From positions 1 to 14,352 of the forward strand of contig JARRRI010000043.1 in NCBI GenBank assembly GCA_037380845.1: a stretch of DNA of 14,352 nucleotides, written 5' to 3'. The notes beneath the pieces were generated by a model. It saw only the letters and a program-made list of their open reading frames with translations. It was not told the origin of the DNA and searched no databases. Both the position numbers and the translations under genes were made by a program. This DNA is from Candidatus Sulfobium sp. (lineage in GTDB: Bacteria > Nitrospirota > Thermodesulfovibrionia > Thermodesulfovibrionales > UBA6898). Below are positions 6,248 to 14,352 of the stretch, one piece after another (within the stretch, counting starts at the first letter, position 1; each line of letters begins with the position of its first letter).

Positions 6248-9200
6248 ACATATCGGAAATCTTCATACGCAGGCCGGTCATGACCACGCTGGTCATGCTG
6301 GCTATCCTCGTCTTCGGTATAGCAGGCTACAGGATGCTGCCGGTGAGCGATCTTCCCAATGTCGATTTCCCGACAGTACTTGTGAACGCATCCCTCCCCG
6401 GGGCAAGTCCCGAAACGATGGCGGCCGCCGTGGCCACCCCCCTGGAGAGGCAGTTTTCCACGATAGCCGGACTCGATTCGATGACATCGACCAACGGACT
6501 GGGCAGCACCCAGATCACTCTTCAGTTCAACCTCGAGCGCAATATCGATGCTGCGGCCCAGGACGTACAGGCGATGATATCCAAGGCGGCCAGTCAGCTG
6601 CCCCAGGACATGCCCAACCCTCCCTCTTACCGGAAGGTCAACCCCGCAGACCAGCCGGTCCTGTATCTGGCGTTCAGTTCTCCTACGCTCCCGCTTTCCA
6701 AGGTCGACGAATACGCCGAAAACTCTATTGCCCAGAGGATATCCATGATAAACGGTGTGGCGCAGGTCCAGGTATACGGCTCACAGAAGTACGCCGTCAG
6801 GGCGCAGATCGACCCCAGGGCGCTTGCCTCTCGGGGACTTGGCATCGACGAAGTGATAGAAGCGCTCCAAAAAAACAATGTAAATCTGCCCACAGGGGTT
6901 CTGGACGGCGCGGACAGGGCATTTACCATTCAGGCAAACGGCCAGCTCATGGACGCCGCCGCATTCCGGCCTCTCATAGTCGCTTACAAAAACGGCAATC
7001 CGGTAAGACTAAACCAGCTGGGACATGTCATCGACAGCGTAGAAAACAACAAGGTCGCAAGCTGGTACAAAAACACGCGGGCCGTGGTGCTCGCAATCCA
7101 GCGTCAGCCGGGGACGAACACGGTGGAAGTGGTGGATTCGATCAAGAGCCTTCTGCCTACTTTCAAGGCACAGATGCCGGCTTCTGTGGACCTGAACATC
7201 CTCTACGACCGTTCGGCATCGATCCGCGAATCTGTCTCGGACGTAAAGTTTACTCTTATGCTGGCCATATTCCTCGTGGTCATGGTGATATTTCTCTTCC
7301 TCCGCAATCTCTCGGCAACGCTCATCCCCAGCATGGCCCTGCCGATGTCCATAGTATTCACCTTTGCGGTAATGTATCTCCTGGGTTACAGTGTGGACAA
7401 CCTTTCTCTCATGGCCCTGATCCTGGCGGTGGGGTTCGTGGTGGACGACGCCATAGTCATGCTCGAAAATATCGTTCGCCACATGGAACACGGAGAACCT
7501 GTGCTTCAGGCGGCCCTTAACGGCTCCAGGGAAGTCGCTTTCACCATACTCTCGATGACCCTGTCCCTGGTTGCGGTTTTCATCCCGGTGCTCTTCATGG
7601 GGGGGATTCTGGGCAGACTTCTCCATGAATTCGCTGTCACTATCGGGGTGGCGATCCTCGTATCCGGCTTTGTTTCCCTGAGCCTCACACCCATGCTCTG
7701 CAGCCGCTTCCTGCGGCCGCCGCAGACCGTAAAGCACGGCAGCATCTACGCGGTCTCCGAAAAGGTCTTCAACGGAATGCTGGCGGCCTACGAAAAGAGT
7801 CTTCAATTCGTGCTCAGACACCGTATCGCCACCCTTTCGGTGACGTTCGCCATCCTTATCGCCACCATCTATTTGTTTACTGTCATGCCCATGGGCTTTC
7901 TCCCCAGCGAAGACACGGGCCAGATATTCGCCTTCACCGAGGCCAAGCAGGGCATTTCTTTCGACTCCATGAAAGAGCATCAGCTCGAAATTGCATCGAT
8001 CGTCGCCGAAGACCCCAACGTCGCCTCATTCATGTCGGCAATAGGTTCGAGCCACATGAGCGCCTCGAGCAATACCGGAAGGATGTTCATACGTCTTAAG
8101 CCCCGCTCCGAAAGACGTCTGAGCGCAGACGAAATCATCCAGGAGTTGAGAAAGAAAGTCTCGAAGGTCGTAGGCATCCAGATGTTCATGCAGAACCTCC
8201 CGCCTATCAGGATCGGCGGCCGGCTGACAAAGAGCCAGTACCAGTTCACCCTGCAGGGACCGGATACCGGGGAGCTTTACAAGAGCGCCACACTGCTGGA
8301 GACCAGATTGAAGACCGTGACCGGACTGCAGGACGTGACGAGCGACCTCCAGATATCAAGCCCGCAGGTCAATGTCGAGATCGACCGCGACAAGGCATCG
8401 GCCCTGGGGGTTACGGCGCAGCAGATAGAAGACGCGCTCGGCGCGGCATACGGGTCGAAGCAGGTGTCGACGATACTCGCTCCGAATGACGAATACCAGG
8501 TGATCGTAGAACTCGAACCGCAATACCAGAAAGACCCGGCGTCGCTCCCCCTGCTTTACGTGAGATCTTCCTCCGGCAGCCTCGTGCCGCTGAACGCCGT
8601 GGCGAGATTAACACAGAGCACGGGCCCCCTTTCGGTTAACCACCAGGGCCAGCTCCCTGCGGTGACGGTCTCTTTCAACCTGAAACCGGGCGTTTCCCTT
8701 GGCGGGGCGGTCGCAGAGGTGGGTAAGGTAGCGCGTTCCACGCTGCCGCCTTCGATAAGCACCAGCTTCCAGGGGACGGCGCAGGCATTCCAGTCATCTA
8801 CGAGCGGCCTGTTCCTGCTGCTCGTCATGGCGCTCCTGGTCATCTATATAGTTCTGGGGATTCTCTATGAGAGTTTCATCCACCCTCTGACCATTCTCTC
8901 CGGGCTTCCCGCAGCGGGCTTCGGAGCCCTCTTGACACTCCTGATATTCCATCAGGACTTGAATATCTACGCCTTCGTCGGGATTATCATGCTCGTGGGC
9001 CTCGTTAAGAAGAACGCCATCATGATGATCGACTTCGCCCTAAACGCCCAGAGAAAAGAGGGCAGGAGCGTGATGGACGCGATTTACGAGGGGTGCGTCG
9101 TCAGGTTTCGTCCGATCATGATGACAACTATGGCGGCGCTGCTGGGCACCCTGCCAATCGCGATAGGTTTCGGCGCAGGCGCCGAGTCCAGGCGGCCGCT

Positions 9201-9354
9201 CGGTCTGGCGGTGGTAGGAGGACTCCTGTTTTCGCAGCTCCTTACACTTTATATCACGCCGGTCGTCTATTACTACATGGAGACATTCCAGGAAAAAACC
9301 GGTGCACGTCTTGGGGCGCGCCGACAGAAGAAGGCCGCAGGCGCGGAGGCTTGA
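6244..9354 (+). CDS. RND efflux permease, HAE1 family (MdtB/MdtC/AcrB-like), 1036 aa
   Basis: FIRRPVMT start, LPGASPETMA and KVNPADQP. Proton-relay motifs GFVVDDAIV, GLVKKNAIMM and RFRPIMMTT are intact. GTGA overlap with the adaptor stop. Confidence 0.96.
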   Translation: MNISEIFIRRPVMTTLVMLAILVFGIAGYRMLPVSDLPNVDFPTVLVNASLPGASPETMAAAVATPLERQFSTIAGLDSMTSTNGLGSTQITLQFNLERNIDAAAQDVQAMISKAASQLPQDMPNPPSYRKVNPADQPVLYLAFSSPTLPLSKVDEYAENSIAQRISMINGVAQVQVYGSQKYAVRAQIDPRALASRGLGIDEVIEALQKNNVNLPTGVLDGADRAFTIQANGQLMDAAAFRPLIVAYKNGNPVRLNQLGHVIDSVENNKVASWYKNTRAVVLAIQRQPGTNTVEVVDSIKSLLPTFKAQMPASVDLNILYDRSASIRESVSDVKFTLMLAIFLVVMVIFLFLRNLSATLIPSMALPMSIVFTFAVMYLLGYSVDNLSLMALILAVGFVVDDAIVMLENIVRHMEHGEPVLQAALNGSREVAFTILSMTLSLVAVFIPVLFMGGILGRLLHEFAVTIGVAILVSGFVSLSLTPMLCSRFLRPPQTVKHGSIYAVSEKVFNGMLAAYEKSLQFVLRHRIATLSVTFAILIATIYLFTVMPMGFLPSEDTGQIFAFTEAKQGISFDSMKEHQLEIASIVAEDPNVASFMSAIGSSHMSASSNTGRMFIRLKPRSERRLSADEIIQELRKKVSKVVGIQMFMQNLPPIRIGGRLTKSQYQFTLQGPDTGELYKSATLLETRLKTVTGLQDVTSDLQISSPQVNVEIDRDKASALGVTAQQIEDALGAAYGSKQVSTILAPNDEYQVIVELEPQYQKDPASLPLLYVRSSSGSLVPLNAVARLTQSTGPLSVNHQGQLPAVTVSFNLKPGVSLGGAVAEVGKVARSTLPPSISTSFQGTAQAFQSSTSGLFLLLVMALLVIYIVLGILYESFIHPLTILSGLPAAGFGALLTLLIFHQDLNIYAFVGIIMLVGLVKKNAIMMIDFALNAQRKEGRSVMDAIYEGCVVRFRPIMMTTMAALLGTLPIAIGFGAGAESRRPLGLAVVGGLLFSQLLTLYITPVVYYYMETFQEKTGARLGARRQKKAAGAEA

Positions 9355-9435
9355 GATTGTGACGCAATGCGGCCCTATGGATTGCTTTTTACATTTTATT
9401 TTTCATACCAGCTTCGGAAGTGAGGAGGATTACTT

Positions 9436-10761
9436 ATGAAAAAAGCATTTATCCTTGCATTACTGGTATTGTTTGCGGTGCCGGCGATCGGCGTGGCGCA
9501 GGAAGATATCATAAAGAAAGGAGAGCAGCTCAACCTTCAGAGGTGCGTTGAAATAGCACTCAGGAAACAGCCCAGCATAGTCGCTGCCAGGAACACGGTC
9601 GATGTAAACCGCAGCAGGGTCGGGCAGGCCCAGTCGAACTATTATCCTCAAATCTCGGCGGACGCCTCATACAAAAGGGTCAAGCCTCTCACAGGGGCGC
9701 AGCGTGCATTGACTACGGGGGTTGACGGCACATCCCCGAGCAGTGCGACCGCCGCCTTCGACGATTACACAGGCAGCCTGTCTGTCAACCAGCTGATCTT
9801 CGATTTCTGGAAGACCAAAAACCAGGTGGACATCCAGAAGCTGAACGTCGGCGCCTCCCGGTCCGACCTCGAAAATACTGCTGAGTCAGTGGTATTCGAC
9901 GTAAAGCAGACATATTACGGAGTGTTGCAGGCGAAGAGAAACAGGGACGTCGCCGAAGAGACCGTAAGGCAGTTCCAGCAGCACCTCGAACAGGCCAAAG
10001 GGTTTTACCAGGTGGGCACGGCCGCCAAGTACGACGTGACGAAGGCGGAAGTAGATCTCAGCAACTCCAAACTGAACCTGATAAAGGCCGATAATGCACT
10101 GAAGATCGCGAGGGTAAACCTCAATAACGCCATGGGGGTGCCGGATGCTCCGGAGTACGGCATCGAGGACAATCTCTCCTACAGTAAATATCAGATAAGC
10201 TTCGATGAGGCGCTCGAAAGGGCCTATCAGAACAGGCCCGACCTGCAGTCGCTCATTTTCCAGAGGAAAGCCACCGAGCAGTCGATTGACCTTGCGAAAA
10301 AGGACTATTATCCGGTATTGACCGGAAGCGCTTCATACACCCGGCAGGGCCAGGACTTTCCTCTCCAGAAGGGATGGAACGCGGGTGTTAATCTGACCTT
10401 TCCGATTTTCAGCGGCTTCCTCACCAAAAACCAGGTGGCTGAACAAAAGGCGAACCTCGAAGTGGTCCGCGCCAACGAAGAGTCTCTGAAGCAGAACATC
10501 CTGCTCGACGTCCAGCAGGGATATCTTAACCTGGCCCAGGCCGCAGAGAGCATAACCACCGCGGAATTGACTGTAAAGCAGGCTACGGAGAACCTGGAGA
10601 TCGCCAACGGCAGATACGCGGCAGGCGTAGGGAACCCCATTGAGGTAACCGATGCCGAAGTATCCCTGACAAATGCTAAAACGTCCTATATACAGGCCCT
10701 CTACGATTACAAGGTGGCCGTTGCCACCATTGAAAAGGCGATGGGTGTCCGGTATCAATGA
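9436..10761 (+). CDS. TolC-family outer-membrane efflux channel
   Basis: Signal peptide MKKAFILALLVLFAVPAIGVA. Two OEP repeats (YYPQISADASY / YYPVLTGSASY; FYQVG..AKYDVTKAE / RYAAGVG..IEVTDAE). RBS GAGGAGG. Confidence 0.93.
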   Translation: MKKAFILALLVLFAVPAIGVAQEDIIKKGEQLNLQRCVEIALRKQPSIVAARNTVDVNRSRVGQAQSNYYPQISADASYKRVKPLTGAQRALTTGVDGTSPSSATAAFDDYTGSLSVNQLIFDFWKTKNQVDIQKLNVGASRSDLENTAESVVFDVKQTYYGVLQAKRNRDVAEETVRQFQQHLEQAKGFYQVGTAAKYDVTKAEVDLSNSKLNLIKADNALKIARVNLNNAMGVPDAPEYGIEDNLSYSKYQISFDEALERAYQNRPDLQSLIFQRKATEQSIDLAKKDYYPVLTGSASYTRQGQDFPLQKGWNAGVNLTFPIFSGFLTKNQVAEQKANLEVVRANEESLKQNILLDVQQGYLNLAQAAESITTAELTVKQATENLEIANGRYAAGVGNPIEVTDAEVSLTNAKTSYIQALYDYKVAVATIEKAMGVRYQ

Positions 10762-11813
10762 CGTTGCAGAGCAAAAGAAGCCTCCACGTAATCCTTTTCT
10801 TCTTCGTTCTCTGCGCGGCGGGGACCCTCCTTTTCATTTATCTTGCCAGGAATAAGGTCTCTCCTGCCGTCCGCGTGACCGGAATAATAGACGGTGTCGA
10901 AGTAAATCTTTCCCCAAAGGTAGCAGGCAGGATCTCATGGACGGCCTGTGACGAAGGTGATGATGTCAAAAAAGGACAGACCGTCATCCGCCTCGACAGC
11001 GAGGATTTTACGGCTTCTGTCAGACAGGCGGAAGCAGGGGTAAGAAAGGCGGCCGCCGACGTGAAGACGGCTGATGCTTCCGTAAGAAGCGCGGAAGCAA
11101 ACATGAAGAGCGCCGCCGCCGATGCTGAGAGCGCCCGGGCAGATATCGAAAGGGCGGCGGCCCAGATGGACGAATCCCGGAAAGAGATGGAACGGGCGAA
11201 GAAGCTCTGTGCGAAGGAATATATATCCAGGGAATCTCTGGACCAGGCCGTGGCCGCCTACGACGTAAATGCGGCATCCCATAAGGCCGCCCAGGAGCAG
11301 TTGAAGGCCGCACTCCAGAGGAAAAACGCCTCAGACGCCGGGCTGAAAGCATCCGAGAGCCGTCTGGATTCATCGAAAGCCGCTCTCCGGGAGGCCGCGG
11401 CCAACCTCGACTATTACAGGGCAAAACTCGGCGACACCGTGATAAAGTCGCCGGTCTCCGGCACGGTCATATTCAAGTCCATGGAGACCGGAGAGACGGT
11501 GTCTCCCGGTGTCACGATCATGACCGTCGTAGACCTGGACAGCCTCTATGCGCGGGTTGACATAGACGAAACAAGGATAAGCGGCATCGTCCTCAACAGT
11601 CCCGCCTTTGTGAGAGTCGACGGAATGTCTGGAAAGGTCTTCAGGGGAAGGGTCATTGAAATCGGCCGCTATGCCGAATTCGCGACACAGAGGGACGTGG
11701 TGCGCGGAAGGGAGGACATCAAGACCTTCAGGGTAAAGGTGAAGATCGACGACACGGAGGGGCTTCTGAAACCCGGGATGACCGTAGAGGTGGAGATACC
11801 GGAGAAGACTTGA
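10758..11813 (+). CDS. HlyD-family periplasmic adaptor (YbhG-like) with a long alpha-helical hairpin
   Basis: N-terminal TM anchor, lipoyl half-motifs LSPKVAGRI...EGDDVKKGQ and IKSPVSGTV...GETVSPG, Ala-rich coiled coil, C-terminal LKPGMTVEV. ATGA overlap with tolC. Confidence 0.92.
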   Translation: MTLQSKRSLHVILFFFVLCAAGTLLFIYLARNKVSPAVRVTGIIDGVEVNLSPKVAGRISWTACDEGDDVKKGQTVIRLDSEDFTASVRQAEAGVRKAAADVKTADASVRSAEANMKSAAADAESARADIERAAAQMDESRKEMERAKKLCAKEYISRESLDQAVAAYDVNAASHKAAQEQLKAALQRKNASDAGLKASESRLDSSKAALREAAANLDYYRAKLGDTVIKSPVSGTVIFKSMETGETVSPGVTIMTVVDLDSLYARVDIDETRISGIVLNSPAFVRVDGMSGKVFRGRVIEIGRYAEFATQRDVVRGREDIKTFRVKVKIDDTEGLLKPGMTVEVEIPEKT

Positions 11814-12826
11814 GGCTCATGCAGAGAGAAAAGGCGATAAGCGTCAACGGGATAACGAAGAGGTTCGGGGAAATCACGGCGGTAGATGATGTAAGCTTCG
11901 ATGTCGATGAAGGTGAGTTCTTCGGGTTCCTGGGTCCCAACGGCGCCGGAAAAACGACCCTGATCAGGATGCTTACCACGCTCCGCAGACCAACTGACGG
12001 CAAGGCATCCGTGGCCTCTTTTGACGTGGCTAGATACCCGGCGGAGGTGAGGCAGCGTATAGGAGTCGTTCCCCAGGCCATGACGAGCGACCTTGATCTT
12101 ACAGGATATGAGAACATGGACCTCTATGGGAGGTTCTACGGCATACGCGGAAAGGAGAGGAGGGAAAGAATACGGTACCTGCTCGACAAGGTCGGGCTTG
12201 CGTCGAGGGCTAAAGACCTTGTAGCAACTTACTCCGGCGGCATGAGGCGGAGACTCGAGATCGCGCGGGTCCTTGTCCACAGGCCCAAACTGCTTTTCCT
12301 CGACGAGCCGACAATAGGCCTGGATCCGCAATCAAGACGCGTGGTATGGGACTTTCTCGAAAAACTCATAGAAGGCGATTCGATGACAATCTTCCTCACC
12401 ACCCATTACATGGAAGAGGCGGAGGCGCTCTGCGACAGGGTGGCCATCATCGATAATGGAAGAATCATAGTCCTGGGAAGTCCGGCTGAGCTGAAGGCGG
12501 AGATACCCGGTAGCGATATTATCTCGATCGCGCTGGAGTCTCTTCCAGAGGAAGTGGTGACGGCAACAGAAAGGCTCCCCTTTGTGCACAAGGTGAAACC
12601 GGAGGACAATTCCGTCAGGGTTTACGTCGATAGTGGGGCAAAGAATCTGCCGGGGCTGATTGACGAGGTGAGAAAAGCCGGTGGCACAATTCAGTCGGCG
12701 ACGATCCATGAGCAGTCGCTCGAAGACGTCTTTATCCATTACACCGGGAAGTCCATCAGGGAAGAAGAGGCTAAAAAAGTCAGTTTCCTGGTCGGAGCGG
12801 GCATTCCGCAGAAACTGGGAAGATGA
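11810..12826 (+). CDS. ABC transporter ATP-binding subunit (DrrA-like, ABC-2 exporter)
   Basis: Walker A GPNGAGKT, signature YSGGM, Walker B LLFLDEPT, H-loop TTH and a C-terminal extension ending SLEDVFIHYTG. The start is TTG 11810 (overlapping the previous stop) or ATG 11819. Confidence 0.95.
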   Translation: MRLMQREKAISVNGITKRFGEITAVDDVSFDVDEGEFFGFLGPNGAGKTTLIRMLTTLRRPTDGKASVASFDVARYPAEVRQRIGVVPQAMTSDLDLTGYENMDLYGRFYGIRGKERRERIRYLLDKVGLASRAKDLVATYSGGMRRRLEIARVLVHRPKLLFLDEPTIGLDPQSRRVVWDFLEKLIEGDSMTIFLTTHYMEEAEALCDRVAIIDNGRIIVLGSPAELKAEIPGSDIISIALESLPEEVVTATERLPFVHKVKPEDNSVRVYVDSGAKNLPGLIDEVRKAGGTIQSATIHEQSLEDVFIHYTGKSIREEEAKKVSFLVGAGIPQKLGR

Positions 12827-12929
12827 CGACTAAAGTAGAACTGAAATGCAGAAGGCGGAAGTAAGAAGCTAAGGGTAAGGTATGCTATCAACAGTTCTCA
12901 GTAGTATTCACCGATACTCGTTTCTTATA

Positions 12930-13005
12930 CGTAATGCCTGAGGTTATAACCGGGCATCCAGGTCTCTTGAAAGTGGATTCCCGCCTAATGACCCCGGGAA
13001 TGACG
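12930..13005. repeat. Inverted dimer of CGTC-type REP-like palindromes
   Basis: Left unit CGTAATGCCTGaggttataacCGGGCATCCA (12930-12960). Right unit on the minus strand CGTCATTCCCGgggtcattaggCGGGAATCCA (13005-12974). 13-nt spacer. Confidence 0.75.
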
Positions 13006-13087
13006 GCCTGGGAGCGCATTTCAGAGCCGATTATTACTTGACCGTTGCTGATGTGGAAAATGAAATTCGGGTCATGAAGAAAATTAT

Positions 13088-14203
13088 ATGATAAGACTTC
13101 TGGCCGTCATAGAGAGAGACCTGAAGAAATTCAGGCGGAACCCGGTGGTGCTCGCTATGAGCATACTGATGCCGATTATATATCTGGTTATCCTCGGGAA
13201 TTCCTTCCAGGGGAAGCTGACCGGCCTGCCAGTGGCTGTCGTCAGCCAGGATTCAGGGCCGTTTGCGAAGCGTCTGGTGGAAAACCTGCGGGCCATTGAG
13301 GCGGGACCGGCAACCTTCACCCTGCTTAAAATGACAGACAGTAAGGCGGCCGTTGAGGGAGTCAGGAAAGGGAGGTACAAGGCGGCACTCATCATCCCGC
13401 CTGAGTTCAGCAGGAGGATGACACTGGAGGGACGGCCGGAGGTCGGACTGTTTCTCGACAATACCGACGGCATCTCGGCCGGGACCATACGCAATCTCGT
13501 AAGCGCCGCAATGACCTCCCTCCATTCTCCTTACGTTCCGATAAGGGATAAGGCCGACGTTGCCCATCTGAGAGACGTCGACCTCTATCCCAAGGTGGAC
13601 TACTACCAGTCGCTTGTGCCGGGGGTGGTGATAATGGCGATCTTCCTCGGAACCCTTACGACCGGGGCCTTCAATCTCGTCATGGACCGTTTTCTGGGAA
13701 TAGATGAAAGCTATCTGCTTACGCCCCTTTCGAAATCTCATATCGTGGCAGGCCTTATCATCAGCGGCCTTTCGATCACCACGGTAATAGCATCTGCTAT
13801 CTTCACAGTAAGTCTTCTCATCACCGGAATATCGCTCGGACAGGCCGTTCAGCAGTGCGCCTCGATTTTTCTCGTTATCGTACTCACGACACTATGCCTC
13901 CTCAGCCTGATGTTCGTGATCCTGGGGAGAATCGGCCACCCGCGTATCGTCGGTATCCTGAGCGGCTTTCTCAATGTCATCCTCTTTTTCCCGAGCGGAG
14001 CGGTTTACCCCGTGGCCAGTTTCCCCAGCTGGCTCAAGACCTTTGCGAAGGTAAACCCCGAAGCATACGCAGTAGAGGCACTGAAAAGCATTCTCTTCAA
14101 GAACGCTCCGATCGTTAATATTTCGGGCGATCTGGCCTTCCTTGCGGTCTTCACCACCGTCATGATGTTCACCGCGATCATTTCCTTCAGGAGAACACTG
14201 TAA
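13088..14203 (+). CDS. ABC-2 type exporter permease (YbhS/YbhR-like)
   Basis: One N-terminal TM, a large extracytoplasmic loop, then five TMs. Motifs YLLTPLSK, FFPSGAVYP, FPSWL and NPEAYAVEAL. 371 aa. Confidence 0.92.
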   Translation: MIRLLAVIERDLKKFRRNPVVLAMSILMPIIYLVILGNSFQGKLTGLPVAVVSQDSGPFAKRLVENLRAIEAGPATFTLLKMTDSKAAVEGVRKGRYKAALIIPPEFSRRMTLEGRPEVGLFLDNTDGISAGTIRNLVSAAMTSLHSPYVPIRDKADVAHLRDVDLYPKVDYYQSLVPGVVIMAIFLGTLTTGAFNLVMDRFLGIDESYLLTPLSKSHIVAGLIISGLSITTVIASAIFTVSLLITGISLGQAVQQCASIFLVIVLTTLCLLSLMFVILGRIGHPRIVGILSGFLNVILFFPSGAVYPVASFPSWLKTFAKVNPEAYAVEALKSILFKNAPIVNISGDLAFLAVFTTVMMFTAIISFRRTL

Positions 14204-14352
14204 TTGAGCTGCCGGTCTGTCATTCTTTTTCCACAAAAAGATCTCTGGACATGTCTTTGTGGTCTCTATTATTAATTTTCTTTAATTCATAATTTCTTCA
14301 AATTTCTGTTCTAAGATAACAATCAAGGGTAACCAAAACCCTTTGTTCAAAC

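Noticed and set aside
7009..7980. 323-aa minus-strand ORF, and other antisense ORFs such as 4143-4961, 3294-3860 and 11669-12331
   Set aside because: They lie opposite confident CDSs and have the composition expected from codon bias on the other strand.
10985..11430. Ala-rich quasi-repeats in the second adaptor
   Set aside because: Normal heptad coiled-coil of HlyD-family proteins, not a DNA repeat array.
12827..12929. Possible small gene or short tandem repeats (GTAAG/CTAAG) after the ABC ATPase
   Set aside because: No credible ORF, and the repeats are too degenerate.
1..14352. CRISPR array, tRNA/rRNA, transposase, integrase or defence genes
   Set aside because: No regularly spaced repeats or matching motifs were seen, and nearly all sequence is accounted for by the ten CDSs.

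Overview
A chromosomal window from a diderm bacterium, with two divergent operons around a ~300-bp promoter region (4797-5098). The leftward (minus-strand) operon encodes an aldehyde dehydrogenase (3306-4796), a class-III PLP aminotransferase (1735-3024), a COG2403 P-loop protein usually annotated as 'GTPase/cyclic 2,3-diphosphoglycerate synthetase-like' (383-1738) and a carbamate kinase (starts at 386 and runs off the left edge; absent from the supplied ORF track). The last three genes are joined by 4-nt stop/start overlaps. The COG2403 protein looks like the ATP-conserving arginine synthetase (ArcE) type. The operon therefore reads as an energy-conserving arginine (or related guanidino-compound) catabolic module, extended by an omega-aminotransferase and a semialdehyde dehydrogenase; this is the most interesting feature of the window. 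The rightward operon encodes an MdtA-like adaptor, an MdtB/AcrB-like RND pump, a TolC, a second HlyD-family adaptor, an ABC ATPase and an ABC-2 permease, so two different efflux engines flank a single outer-membrane channel gene. Two intergenic gaps (3141-3236 and 12930-13005) carry inverted dimers of related CGTC-type REP-like palindromes. No rRNA, tRNA, CRISPR array or transposase is visible. All functional calls come from motif recognition by eye, not from database searches.
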